A stretch of DNA of 59,297 nucleotides from a virus. Lineage: Duplodnaviria; Caudoviricetes. Position 1 is the first letter of the stretch; the number at the start of each line of letters is the position of its first letter. This document shows, piece after piece, positions 1 through 9,933 of this stretch. A model generated the notes under the pieces. It did not search any database, was not told the DNA's origin, and saw nothing but the letters and a program-made list of their open reading frames with translations. Both the position numbers and the translations under genes were made by a program. Where the stretch lies: the IMG/VR virus record IMGVR_UViG_3300037313_002165, positions 1-59,297 of that record. One strand, given 5' to 3'.

Positions 1-240
1 CCGCGGCGGCACGGCCTCATGCGCCCGCCGCGCCGATTGTCGGGCCGGTGTGGCTGAGCGCGACGTTCATCTTCGCGCGACCGAACTCGCACTTTGTGGC
101 GAACAATCCCGCGAGGCCTCTGCGCGCCGACGCGCCGTCGTGGCACACGAAAAAACCGGACCGGGACAATTGCGAGAAGTGCCTGCTCGATTGCCTGACC
201 CAGCTCGGCGGCTTCTGGCGCGACGATACGCAGGTGTGCG
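1..240 (+). repeat. Terminal direct repeat, copy 1 (circular overlap)
   Basis: 1-240 equals 59058-59297 except C128/T59185, a synonymous change (GCC/GCT Ala). Confidence 0.97.
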
Positions 241-338
241 CGGGCGAAATCCGGAAGATCTACGGGCCGGTGCCGGGCGTGGTCGTGAAAATCGAAGCGC
301 TGACGGTCCCTGCAGCGATCGAAGGGAGCGCTGCATGA
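1..338 (+). CDS. rusA: RusA-family Holliday junction resolvase, 3' part (gene starts at 58916)
   Basis: KPDRDNCEKCLLDCL...WRDDTQV is the RusA catalytic motif; the frame is continuous across the repeat. Confidence 0.9.
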   Translation, partial: AAARPHAPAAPIVGPVWLSATFIFARPNSHFVANNPARPLRADAPSWHTKKPDRDNCEKCLLDCLTQLGGFWRDDTQVCAGEIRKIYGPVPGVVVKIEALTVPAAIEGSAA

Positions 339-1351
339 AGTTCACCGGCATCCAGTGGACGCACTCCACCATCAATCCGACCAGCGGTTGCGACGGCTGC
401 GAACTCTATCAGCGGCCGCCGGCGCGGCTGACGACGGTTGAAGAGCTGAAGGAATGGCTCAGCCGGCAGCCGTGCTACGCGGCACAGGTGCATGAGAACC
501 GTTGGGCGAAGAGCCTGGCGGTGACGCACCCCGAGTTTTACGCGAAGCACTTCTACGAGCTTCGGACGATTCCCGGCCGCATGGCGGAAGCGGCGGCGTG
601 GGGGCCGGTGACCGACAAAGAGGCGAAGGACAAGCCGTGGTTCATCACGCGGCGGCGGCACATCTTTGTTTCCGACATGAGCGATGCTCTGTCGCGCGAC
701 GTGCCGTTCGAGTTTTTGAAGGCCGAGATTATCGACGTCGTGACGAGCGAGAAAGGCCGGCGGCATATCTGGCAGTGGCTCACGAAGCGGCCGCAACGCA
801 TGCGTGAGTTTGACTCCTGGCTCGCGGGGCAGGGCATCGCGTGGCCGGAGAATCTTTGGGCGGGAACCAGCGTGACGAGCCAGCGCACGGCCGATATACG
901 CGTGCCGGAGTTGCTGCATGTCCGGGCAGCCACGCGGTTCCTCTCGTGCGAGCCATTGTTTGAAGCGGTCGATTTGGAGCGCATCGAGTTTTGCAAGCAC
1001 ACCCGGCAATCGTGCCTGACCCCAACCTACATGGGTTCGCCGCATTCGCATGACGCGAAAATTGCGTGGGTGATTGTGGGCGGGGCGAGTGGTCGCGATG
1101 CCGCGCAATTCAATCTATGCTGGGCGCGATCGATCGTTGCCCACTGCAAGGCAGCGGGTGTGCCGTGCTTCGTGAAGCAGCTCGGAGCGCGGCCGGTGCA
1201 CCCGGTGCAGCGCGAGCGCACGCACACGAATTTCGCCTACTCGAATCCGCCGCATATCGACCCGCTGAAGTTGAAGGATTCCCACGGCGGCGATTGGTCG
1301 GAGTGGCCGGATGACCTGCGCGTGCGGCAGATGCCGGAGGTGCGCGCATGA
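335..1351 (+). CDS. DUF5131 / phage Gp37Gp68 family protein
   Basis: IQWTHSTINPTSGCDGC..CYA, FVSDMSD, LTKRPQR, RFLSCEPL, WVIVGG, FVKQLG; ATGA overlap with rusA. Confidence 0.88.
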   Translation: MKFTGIQWTHSTINPTSGCDGCELYQRPPARLTTVEELKEWLSRQPCYAAQVHENRWAKSLAVTHPEFYAKHFYELRTIPGRMAEAAAWGPVTDKEAKDKPWFITRRRHIFVSDMSDALSRDVPFEFLKAEIIDVVTSEKGRRHIWQWLTKRPQRMREFDSWLAGQGIAWPENLWAGTSVTSQRTADIRVPELLHVRAATRFLSCEPLFEAVDLERIEFCKHTRQSCLTPTYMGSPHSHDAKIAWVIVGGASGRDAAQFNLCWARSIVAHCKAAGVPCFVKQLGARPVHPVQRERTHTNFAYSNPPHIDPLKLKDSHGGDWSEWPDDLRVRQMPEVRA

Positions 1352-1740
1352 CTACGTCACCTGAAGTCCGTAGTGCAGCGGGTCGGGCAGGGGTTCTGGT
1401 GGGCGAATGCCGCTCGGACAGCCGCCCATGCCGTGCCACGGTTTCCAGCCAATCGGCGGCTCTCGGCGAGCCAGCCGGCGCGAGGCCCACAGGTCGTTAT
1501 CCCAGCCGCTGTTGGTGCGCGTCGCAAACGAGATCAGCCCGTCCGGCCAGATGGCGCGGACCTCGCGGTGCACGGGCGGCGCGAACTGACGGGTCAGAAA
1601 CCACGGGCGGCCATCGTCCTCGTTTTTCAGACCGGCGGCCTTTTCGGCGCGTATTTTCGCAAAATCAATTTTCCGGCGTTGCATGTGTGCAAGCGTACAC
1701 GGTCGCGCGCCAAAGCAAGATCGAAGAGGTGCGCGCATGA
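1337..1740 (+). repeat. 15-bp direct repeat GAGGTGCGCGCATGA (1337-1351 and 1726-1740) flanking a small cassette
   Basis: Exact copies, each containing RBS plus stop/start overlap. Confidence 0.85.
1352..1684 (-). CDS. Hypothetical protein (MQRRKIDFAK...), antisense
   Basis: 110-aa ORF with a protein-like composition, lying between the direct repeats; the competing + ORF 1348..1740 is R/S/A-rich. Confidence 0.5.
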   Translation of the reverse strand: MQRRKIDFAKIRAEKAAGLKNEDDGRPWFLTRQFAPPVHREVRAIWPDGLISFATRTNSGWDNDLWASRRLARREPPIGWKPWHGMGGCPSGIRPPEPLPDPLHYGLQVT

Positions 1741-2474
1741 AAGGCCTGTCGTTCATCCCTGAGATGGCGCGTGCCGCGCTGGCGGGCACGAAGACGAACA
1801 CGCGGCGGGTGATAGTGCCGCAGCCCGACACGAGGAAGTTTCAATATGACCGCGTCGAGCAGGTCGGAAAGTGGTTTCACATTCTCGCGGACAAGCCGCA
1901 AACCGTGATGCACACCGTCACGTGCGACTACCAAGCTGGCGAGCGGCGCTGCCTGATCACGACGTGGGCGGTCGCGAACGGATGGGACGGCCTGAAGCCA
2001 TCAGAGGTGCCGGCGAACATCATCCTGTTTTGGCATGCCGGAATGGGTGAGAAGCCGCCCGGCTTCGGAAAGAGTCGGCCAGGCCGCTTCCTCCCGAATC
2101 ATCTGCGGCACCTGATGCCGGTGTTTGAAATCGTCAATGTGCGCGCGGAGCGGGTGCAGGCGATTTCAACGGCCGATATCGAGGCTGAAGGCGTAACGTA
2201 CCCGGTCGCGGCTAAGGGTTGTCCGCCCGGCAAGGTGAAGCCTCTGCTGCGCATCACGGGCAAATTTCCGCCTGGTGACTACATGCCCTGCATCGCCGGA
2301 AGCAAGCACATGGACATGGAGCAGATGAATCACGACACGCTGCTGCGCGCTCACTGGGCCAGCCTGTGGGACACCATCAACGCGAATCGCGGGCCCGGGA
2401 AAGCAAAGAAGGGCTACGGCTGGTCGTTCAATCCGTGGGTCTGGCGCGTGGAATTTCGAAAGATAACAACATGA
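1737..2474 (+). CDS. ASCH-like phage protein
   Basis: EMARAALAGTKTNTRR, VRAERVQAIS..DIEAEG, LWDTIN, NPWVWRVEF. Confidence 0.75.
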   Translation: MKGLSFIPEMARAALAGTKTNTRRVIVPQPDTRKFQYDRVEQVGKWFHILADKPQTVMHTVTCDYQAGERRCLITTWAVANGWDGLKPSEVPANIILFWHAGMGEKPPGFGKSRPGRFLPNHLRHLMPVFEIVNVRAERVQAISTADIEAEGVTYPVAAKGCPPGKVKPLLRITGKFPPGDYMPCIAGSKHMDMEQMNHDTLLRAHWASLWDTINANRGPGKAKKGYGWSFNPWVWRVEFRKITT

Positions 2475-2920
2475 GCACTATTCAAAAACTGCGCATCGCG
2501 CGGATCACAGTCGGTCGTTTGTATAATCTCGGCAACTACGAGCATGTGCGCTACGAGTTGACCGTCGAAGTGCCGGAGGGCGCGAGTGCGGCGTCGGCAA
2601 TCCGCGGCGTCGAGAAGATTCTCGCGGGGCTCAAGCCGCTGAAGATGCAATGCATCGACACGGAAATAGAACTCACCCGCAAGGAGCGAGAGATTGAGGA
2701 AATGCGGAAGATGCCGGTCGCCGAATGGGAGCGCCGGTATGGCCACTGCAAAGGCACGCCGAGCGAGGTCATCGCGCGTTACGAGGAGCAGTTCAACGAG
2801 TCGAAGCAGAAGCGCGAACACGCGTTGCTCGTAGCGCAGACTGCGCGGCACCTGTTCGACGACCTTGGCGGCGCGGAGCAGTGGAAAGACGCGACGCTTG
2901 ATTGGCAGGACGAGGAATAA
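2471..2920 (+). CDS. Hypothetical phage protein
   Basis: ATGA-coupled ORF with a YNLGNYE motif. Confidence 0.7.
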   Translation: MSTIQKLRIARITVGRLYNLGNYEHVRYELTVEVPEGASAASAIRGVEKILAGLKPLKMQCIDTEIELTRKEREIEEMRKMPVAEWERRYGHCKGTPSEVIARYEEQFNESKQKREHALLVAQTARHLFDDLGGAEQWKDATLDWQDEE

Positions 2921-2922
2921 AA

Positions 2923-5511
2923 ATGACCGACACCTACAAAGACTTCCTGAAATCGAAGGTCCGGCTCGCGGAGTCGTGGGGGTTTGACGATGTCACCGAG
3001 CTGGAAGTCAACCCGGTGCTCAAGCCGCATCAGCGGGCGACCGTCATCTGGAATATCCGGGGCGGCAGGCGGGCGGATTTCCTTTCGTTCGGGCTCGGGA
3101 AGACGCCGATTCAACTGGAGACGTTGCGGCTCATCCTGACGCGGGTGATCGGCCGCGCGCTCATCGTGTGCCCGCTCGGCGTGCGGCAGGAGTTCGCGCG
3201 CGATGCAGTGCAACTGCTCGGCTGGGCGGAGCCGCCGAAATTCATCCGGTCCATCGCAGAGGCGGGTCCCACGGGGATCTATCTCACCAACTATGAAACG
3301 GTGCGCGATGGGAAGCTCGACCCGGCGGAGTTCGTCGCGGTATCGCTCGACGAGGCGGCGATTCTGCGCGGCTTCGGCGGCAGCAAGACGTTTCGCGAGC
3401 TGATGCTGAAATGCACGGGCGAGGGCGGGCCGTGCTCAAAGGACCGGGCGGACGGCAAGCGCGTGACCTATCGCTTCGTCGCGACGGCGACGCCTTCGCC
3501 GAACGACTATATCGAGCTGCTGGCCTACGCGGAATTTCTCGGGGTGATGGACATCAGCCAGGCGAAGACGCGCTTCTTCAAGCGCGACTCGACCAAGGCG
3601 GACAACCTGACGATTCATCCGCACAAAGAGCGCGAGTTCTGGCTGTGGGTCGCATCGTGGGCCATCTTTGTGCAGCGGCCGTCGGACCTCGGCTTCGACG
3701 ACACGGGCTACGAGCTGCCGGCGATGACGGTGAACTGGCACGAGGTGGCGACCGACCACAGCGAGGCCGGGTTCGAGCGCAGCGGGCAGACCAAGATGTT
3801 TCGCGATGCGGCGATCGGTGTGCAGGACGCGGCGGCGGAGAAGCGCATCAGCCTGCCGGCGCGGATTGCGAAGCTGATGGAGATTCGCGCCGAGGACCCG
3901 GAGGCGCACCGCATCATCTGGCACGACCTCGAGGCGGAGCGGGAGGCCATCGAGGCGGCGATTCCCGGCATCGTGACGGTGCGCGGCGCCGATACGGATG
4001 ACCACAAAGAGAGCTCGATTCTCGGATTCAGCGACGGCGCGTTCCCGGAGCTGGCGGGCAAGCCGTGCATGCTGGGGGCGGGCGTAAATTTCCAGCGGCA
4101 TTGCTGGTGGTCGGTGTTCCTCGGCATCGGTTTCAAGTTTTCGGATTTCATCCAGGCGGTTCACCGGGTGCAGCGGTTCCTGCAAACGCACCCGGTGCGG
4201 ATCGACCTCATCTTCACGGAAGCCGAGCGCGAGGTGCGCAAGCAACTCGAGAGGAAGTGGCGGCAACATAACGAAATGGTGGCAAAAATGACTTCGATTA
4301 TTCGGGAGTTCGGGCTGTCGCACGCGGCGATGGCGCACACGCTGACGCGGAAGCTCGGGGTGGAGCGCGTCGAAATCACCGGAGCGGGCTATCGCCTGGT
4401 GAACAACGATTGCGTGGACGAGGCGCGGCGGACGCCGGACAACAGCGTGGGGCTCATCCTGACCTCGATTCCGTTTTCATCGCAGTACGAGTACTCCCCG
4501 AATTACGCGGACTTCGGCCACTCGGAGGGCAACGCGGAATTTTTCCAGCAGATGGATTTTCTCACGCCGGAGCTGCTCCGAGTACTCCAGCCAGGGCGCA
4601 TCGCGGCGGTGCACGTGAAGGACCGCGTCGTGCCGATGGGCATGACGGGCCTCGGCAGCCAGACGGTGTACCCGTTCCACTGCGAGACCATCCGCCACTA
4701 CGTGCGGCACGGCTTCGCCTACATGGGGATGAAGACGGTGGTGACGGACGTCGTGCGCGAGAACAACCAGACGTACCGGCTCGGGTGGACGGAGCAATGC
4801 AAGGACGGGACGAAGATGGGAGTGGGGATGCCGGAATACCTGTTGCTCTTCCGCAAGCCGCCGACGCAGACCCAGAACAGCTACGCGGACGTGCCGGTGG
4901 TGAAACAGAAAAGCCGATACACGCGCTCGCGCTGGCAGATTGATGCGCATGGGTTTGCCCGCAGCTCGGGCAACCGGCTGCTGACGCCGGAGGAATTGCG
5001 CGACCTGCCGCACGACGCGATTTTCCAGATTTTCCGCCAGCACTCGCTGACGCGGGTTTACGATTTCGAGCATCACGTGAAGCTCGGCGAGGCCTTGGAG
5101 CAGGATGGCCGGCTGCCGGTGACCTTCATGCTGCTGCAACCGCAGAGCTGGCACGACGACGTGTGGACCGACATCACGCGGATGCTGACGCTCAACAGCA
5201 CGCAGGCGGCGAAGGGGAAGGAAATGCACCTGTGCCCGATGCAGTTCGACCTGGCGGACCGCGTCATCGAGCAATTCTCGATGGAGGGCGAGACGGTGCT
5301 GGACCCGTTTGGCGGGCTGATGACGGTGCCATACCGGGCGATCCTGCAGCGCCGGGTAGGCCTCGGGTTCGAGCTGAACCCGGCGTATTTCGTGGACGGC
5401 GCGCACTACTGCCGGATGGCGGCGGAAGAGATGAGCACGCCGGCGTTGTTCGATGTGGCGGAGTTTGAGCCACGGGCGATGGCGGTGGCAGGGACGGGAG
5501 GTGGATCGTGA
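2923..5511 (+). CDS. SNF2-like helicase fused to an N6/N4 DNA methyltransferase
   Basis: GLGKT, LDEA, TATPSPND, QAVHRVQRF; C-terminal TSIPF (motif IV variant) and VLDPFGG (motif I). Confidence 0.88.
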   Translation: MTDTYKDFLKSKVRLAESWGFDDVTELEVNPVLKPHQRATVIWNIRGGRRADFLSFGLGKTPIQLETLRLILTRVIGRALIVCPLGVRQEFARDAVQLLGWAEPPKFIRSIAEAGPTGIYLTNYETVRDGKLDPAEFVAVSLDEAAILRGFGGSKTFRELMLKCTGEGGPCSKDRADGKRVTYRFVATATPSPNDYIELLAYAEFLGVMDISQAKTRFFKRDSTKADNLTIHPHKEREFWLWVASWAIFVQRPSDLGFDDTGYELPAMTVNWHEVATDHSEAGFERSGQTKMFRDAAIGVQDAAAEKRISLPARIAKLMEIRAEDPEAHRIIWHDLEAEREAIEAAIPGIVTVRGADTDDHKESSILGFSDGAFPELAGKPCMLGAGVNFQRHCWWSVFLGIGFKFSDFIQAVHRVQRFLQTHPVRIDLIFTEAEREVRKQLERKWRQHNEMVAKMTSIIREFGLSHAAMAHTLTRKLGVERVEITGAGYRLVNNDCVDEARRTPDNSVGLILTSIPFSSQYEYSPNYADFGHSEGNAEFFQQMDFLTPELLRVLQPGRIAAVHVKDRVVPMGMTGLGSQTVYPFHCETIRHYVRHGFAYMGMKTVVTDVVRENNQTYRLGWTEQCKDGTKMGVGMPEYLLLFRKPPTQTQNSYADVPVVKQKSRYTRSRWQIDAHGFARSSGNRLLTPEELRDLPHDAIFQIFRQHSLTRVYDFEHHVKLGEALEQDGRLPVTFMLLQPQSWHDDVWTDITRMLTLNSTQAAKGKEMHLCPMQFDLADRVIEQFSMEGETVLDPFGGLMTVPYRAILQRRVGLGFELNPAYFVDGAHYCRMAAEEMSTPALFDVAEFEPRAMAVAGTGGGS

Positions 5512-7808
5512 TTCGCCGGCAACTCAGTTTCCAGGTCTACGACGAGTTGTTCATCGACAACTTTGCGGGAGGCGGCGGAGCCAGCACGGGAATTGAGCGC
5601 GCGCTGGGTCGACCGATTGACCACGCGCTGAACCACGACCGCAAGGCGCTCGCGATGCACCGGATGAATCATCCGACCACGAAGCATCACCCGGAAGACA
5701 TCCGCCACGCGGACCCGCTGAAGATCGCCGGCGAGCGGCCGGTGGGCGGCATCTGGTTTTCGCCCGACTGCAAACACCACTCGAAGGCCCGAGGCGGCAA
5801 GCCGCGCGACAAGAAGATCCGCGGGCTGGCGTGGTCGGTCATTCATTGGGTCAACGTGCTGTCCAAGCGCAAGGCGAAGGGCCCGCGCGTCATCTACCTG
5901 GAGAACGTCGAAGAGTTCGCGCAATGGTGTCCGCTCGACTCGGACGATAATCCCAGCAAGTGGCGTAAGGCGTGGTATTTCATCTGCTTCACGGGCGCGC
6001 TGATGCGTCGCGGTTTCCACGACATCGAGTGGGCGCCGGGTGATGGGTTTGTCTATCGTCGGACGCGGACCGGCATCGAGCGCGTGGAGGGCGTCACGTT
6101 TAGCTCGCGCGCGTGCGACTACAGCACGCCGACGATTCGCAAACGGCTCTACCTGATTGCCCGCTGCGACGGCCGCCACATCACGTGGCCGGAGCAGACG
6201 CATGCGGAGCCGACCAAGGCGAAGAAGCTGAAACTGAAGCCGCACAAAATAACGGCGGACTACCTGAATTTTTCACTCCCGTGCCCGAGTATCTTTCTCA
6301 CGCGTGCGGAGGCTCGCGAGTTCAAGAAGCGGACGGGCATACAAATTCAACGGCCGCTCGCCCACGCCACAATGGCACGTATCGCGAAGGGCGTGAAGCG
6401 CTACGTGCTCGATGCGAAGAAACCCTTCATCGTCGAGCTCACGCATGAGGGCAACGACGGCGTGGCATCAGTCGACGATCCCATCAAAACCATCACTGCG
6501 GCGAATCGCGGGGAGAAATCGCTCGTCGTGCCGACCGTGGTCGGTTGTGGCGGCCGGGCTGCGCAGTCGCGGCCGCGAGGCGCGGATGAGGCGCACGCGA
6601 CCACGACATCGAAGGCCGATGCTTGTCTTACGCAGGCGACGCTCGCGCCGTTTGTCACGGAGCACGCCAATGCCTCGACCCAGCGTAATTTTCCCATCAA
6701 TGAACCAGCGCGCACCCAATGCGCGGAAGTGAAGGGCGGGCACTTCGCAGCCGTCGCGCCCTACCTCGTACCGCGCTACGGCGAGCGGAAGGGCCAGGAG
6801 CCGCGCACGCGATCGGTGGAGCAACCGGCGCCGGTAATCGTGCCGACTGGCAACGGCGGAAGCCTCGCGGCCGTTCATCTCACCAAATTTCAGGAGAACT
6901 CGATAGGCCAGACGCCTGCTGAGCCCATCGACACCATCATGGCCGGCGCGACACGGTTTGGGATGATAACGACCGGCATTGTGAAGATGCACGGCGATCC
7001 TGCTTCGCACGCTCCGGGCCACGCGGCCGACGAGCCGATTCACACTATCAACGCGGAGGGCAATCACCACGTGTTGTTCGAGGGGAAGCTGCATCGCGTA
7101 ACCGACATCCGCATACCGACGTTTGAGGAGTGGTTCGCCCTGACCAAGGCCCACGGCGGCACTCGCGAAGAATACGACGCCTTGTACTCGGCAGACGGGG
7201 AAGGGCAGCGGGAGTTCAATCGGCGTGTCGCCGCCTACATTGCACAGCACAATGGCGGGGCGGCGGGTCACCAAACGGTGGGGCATCCTTTGGACAAGCC
7301 TCTTAGCACGCTTAGTTCGAAGTGCTCTCAACAACAAGTAGTCGGCGCATCGCTCGTGCCGTATTACGGCTCGGAAGAAGATAGCGTCGGCCTCAACGAG
7401 CCATGCCGCACGGTCACCACGCGCGACCGCTTCGGGCTGACGCCGGCGTTCGGCGCCACGTCACCGCTGCCTCCTCATCTCGAGGCCGGCGCGCGGCGAG
7501 TCGCGGCCTTTCTGCGCGAGCACGGCATCGAGTTCGAAGGCGATTATGCGACCGTGGGCGACTACATCATCGTCGATATCGGCATGCGGATGCTGAAGCC
7601 GCGGGAGCTTTATTGCCTGCAAGGCTTCCCGGTAAATTACATCATCGACCGCGGGCTCGATGAAGATGACGACGGCCGGGTTTTCGAAATCAAGCTAAAC
7701 GGCACCGAACAGGTGCGGATGTGCGGCAACAGCGTTTGCCCACCGATGGCCGAAGTCCTGGTCGCCGCGAACAATCCCGAAATGCGCTTTGAGGAGCTGG
7801 CCGCATGA
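5508..7808 (+). CDS. DNA (cytosine-5) methyltransferase
   Basis: FAGGGG, SPDC, ENV, RKRLY, QGFP, GNSVCP motifs; long repetitive central region. Confidence 0.92.
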   Translation: MIRRQLSFQVYDELFIDNFAGGGGASTGIERALGRPIDHALNHDRKALAMHRMNHPTTKHHPEDIRHADPLKIAGERPVGGIWFSPDCKHHSKARGGKPRDKKIRGLAWSVIHWVNVLSKRKAKGPRVIYLENVEEFAQWCPLDSDDNPSKWRKAWYFICFTGALMRRGFHDIEWAPGDGFVYRRTRTGIERVEGVTFSSRACDYSTPTIRKRLYLIARCDGRHITWPEQTHAEPTKAKKLKLKPHKITADYLNFSLPCPSIFLTRAEAREFKKRTGIQIQRPLAHATMARIAKGVKRYVLDAKKPFIVELTHEGNDGVASVDDPIKTITAANRGEKSLVVPTVVGCGGRAAQSRPRGADEAHATTTSKADACLTQATLAPFVTEHANASTQRNFPINEPARTQCAEVKGGHFAAVAPYLVPRYGERKGQEPRTRSVEQPAPVIVPTGNGGSLAAVHLTKFQENSIGQTPAEPIDTIMAGATRFGMITTGIVKMHGDPASHAPGHAADEPIHTINAEGNHHVLFEGKLHRVTDIRIPTFEEWFALTKAHGGTREEYDALYSADGEGQREFNRRVAAYIAQHNGGAAGHQTVGHPLDKPLSTLSSKCSQQQVVGASLVPYYGSEEDSVGLNEPCRTVTTRDRFGLTPAFGATSPLPPHLEAGARRVAAFLREHGIEFEGDYATVGDYIIVDIGMRMLKPRELYCLQGFPVNYIIDRGLDEDDDGRVFEIKLNGTEQVRMCGNSVCPPMAEVLVAANNPEMRFEELAA

Positions 7809-8011
7809 AGACGATGTCGCCAGATGGCAGAATCGTCGGAGCGCAGGTGACGAGCCGGACGGCCGTGCGCGCGGCGCCTGCGCCGATTCCGGAGCGCACC
7901 GAGCCGCCGGGCGACGTGACGACCATCTGGCGCGACGGCATGGTGTGGCGGCAATCGCCGGGGAAGCGGGCCAAGATGCTGCCGTCGATTTCGCCGAGGG
8001 CGGAGAACTGA
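7805..8011 (+). CDS. Hypothetical protein
   Basis: ATGA-coupled short ORF. Confidence 0.5.
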   Translation: MKTMSPDGRIVGAQVTSRTAVRAAPAPIPERTEPPGDVTTIWRDGMVWRQSPGKRAKMLPSISPRAEN

Positions 8012-8317
8012 ATGACCATGCGAGACGAACACGACAAGAAGCCCCGTCGCCGCGTGCTGCTTACGCTCAAACTCGGCGCTGACAACCGCGAGGAAATGAT
8101 TCACGCCCTTGAGCAAATCGCGCTTGAGATGCGACGCGGCTACCTGATGGGTGAGGCGGCAGGGGGCGGATATAGTTCCGGCTATTGGCTCAAGGTCACG
8201 GAAGACGAGACGGTCACGCACGACACCTACTTCGCAGCCATCAACGCCATGATTGAAGCCGAGCAGGCAGACCGCGCACTCGACGACATTGGCACAACCG
8301 TCGCCTCCAAAGTGTGA
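8012..8317 (+). CDS. Hypothetical protein
   Basis: GGAG RBS; fits the operon. Confidence 0.65.
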   Translation: MTMRDEHDKKPRRRVLLTLKLGADNREEMIHALEQIALEMRRGYLMGEAAGGGYSSGYWLKVTEDETVTHDTYFAAINAMIEAEQADRALDDIGTTVASKV

Positions 8318-8325
8318 GAAACGAT

Positions 8326-9504
8326 ATGAGCCGCCTACAACCAACGCTTTTTGATGGTGCGCGGATGCAGTTACGTGACGCGTTCGATCTCACTTGCCAG
8401 AGCCTCACGGCCTACGGCGCGATGTATGACCATTGGGCAATCGCGTTCAGCGGCGGAAAGGATTCATCGGCCACCGTGACGGCGACGGTAAAGGCGATCC
8501 GAATGGGTTTGGTGCAGGCTCCAAAGACCTTGACGGTGCTGATGAGCGACACGCGGATGGAGCTGCCGCCGCTGTTCGGCACCGCGATGCAGATTCTTGC
8601 CGAGCTGCGCGCCATCGGCATTCGCACGCAAGTCGTGATGCCGAAGATGGAGGACAGGTTTTTCGTGTATATGCTCGGTCGCGGCGTGCCGCCGCCGTCG
8701 AACACGTTTCGCTGGTGCACGGCGCAACTCAAAATCGAGCCGATGATTTCGGCGTTGCAGGCGCTGCGCGATGAGCACGGGCAAAAGTTCCTGATGCTGA
8801 CTGGCGTGCGGCTCGGCGAGAGTGCGGCGCGCGACGCGCGGATTCAGCTTTCATGCGGAAAGAATAATTCCGAGTGCGGGCAAGGCTGGTTTCAGATCGC
8901 CACGCCCGAGGCCGTCGCGGATACGCTCGCGCCGCTGCTGCACTGGCGGCTCTGCCACGTCTGGGACTGGCTCACCGGCCTCGTGCCCGAGGAATTGGAA
9001 CACGGCTTTTCGACCAAGCTCATTGCCGCCGTTTACGGTCAGGATGAAGACCTCGAAACGCACGCGCGCACTGGATGTGTCGGTTGCAATCTCGCGAGCC
9101 GCGACTTCGCCCTAGAGTCGATAATCCAGCGCCCGCAGTGGTCGCATTTCTCTCCGTTACTTGAGCTTCGCCCGCTCTACGCCGAGCTGAAAAAGCCAGA
9201 GAATCGGCTGCGGAAAGATGGCACGGAAACGCGCAAGGACGGCTCGCTCGTGGCGAACCCCTGCCGGATGGGACCGCTGACGTTCGCCGCGCGCCGCTGG
9301 GCGCTGGGCCGCGTGAAAGACATCCAGGCGCGGGCCGGTGTGGACCTCATCAACGCCGAGGAAGAGGCGAAGATCATCGAGCTGATCGACGCCGGGACTT
9401 GGCCGCGCGGCTGGGATGGTTCTGAGCCGGTAGCCAACGTGCCTTTCGAGAACGTTCGCCCCGATGGCAGCGTTCAAACCGCTATGTTGGACCTCCTCCG
9501 CTGA
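8326..9504 (+). CDS. PAPS-reductase family (DndC-like) protein
   Basis: PP-loop SGGKDS, DTRME, RWCTAQLKI, GVRLGES, RTGCVGC; alternative start GTG 8314. Confidence 0.85.
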   Translation: MSRLQPTLFDGARMQLRDAFDLTCQSLTAYGAMYDHWAIAFSGGKDSSATVTATVKAIRMGLVQAPKTLTVLMSDTRMELPPLFGTAMQILAELRAIGIRTQVVMPKMEDRFFVYMLGRGVPPPSNTFRWCTAQLKIEPMISALQALRDEHGQKFLMLTGVRLGESAARDARIQLSCGKNNSECGQGWFQIATPEAVADTLAPLLHWRLCHVWDWLTGLVPEELEHGFSTKLIAAVYGQDEDLETHARTGCVGCNLASRDFALESIIQRPQWSHFSPLLELRPLYAELKKPENRLRKDGTETRKDGSLVANPCRMGPLTFAARRWALGRVKDIQARAGVDLINAEEEAKIIELIDAGTWPRGWDGSEPVANVPFENVRPDGSVQTAMLDLLR

Positions 9505-9524
9505 ACGCAAGGAAGCCCGCGAAA

Positions 9525-9920
9525 ATGAATACTCCTGCACCACTTGCAAAGATTGCCGAGGCCCTCGGTTGGATGAGGGCCGAGCGCAACGGCGTCGAAA
9601 TCTGGCGTGACCCGGAGGGCGGTTACGTCGTCTCGGCGCAGCTTCTTGAGCAGATGGGAGAGGTTGTGCCGCGAGCCATCGCGGAGATGAAGGACCAAAG
9701 CAAAATCGACTCGCTCGTTGTCGGGAAACTCCAAGCGCAGGTAGTCACGGCGACGGAAGACACGGCGTTGCTCAATCGCTGGGAGAAGGGGCAATGGCTC
9801 ATCGGCGTTTCCTCGACTGGCGAGTGGCAGGCGATGAGCCAAACACCGGGACTCATCGGCAAAGGCTTCGTCGGCAAATCCGTGCGCGACGTGCTGCGCC
9901 AGATTCGCGACCTCACCTAA
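9525..9920 (+). CDS. Hypothetical protein (array gene 1)
   Basis: ORF bounded by the heptamer motifs. Confidence 0.7.
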   Translation: MNTPAPLAKIAEALGWMRAERNGVEIWRDPEGGYVVSAQLLEQMGEVVPRAIAEMKDQSKIDSLVVGKLQAQVVTATEDTALLNRWEKGQWLIGVSSTGEWQAMSQTPGLIGKGFVGKSVRDVLRQIRDLT

Positions 9921-9933
9921 GAACGAAGGCCAC

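Noticed and set aside
50-334. N-terminal extension of the 433-aa ORF 50..1351
   Set aside because: It overlaps rusA in another frame; the real start is the ATGA-coupled ATG at 335.
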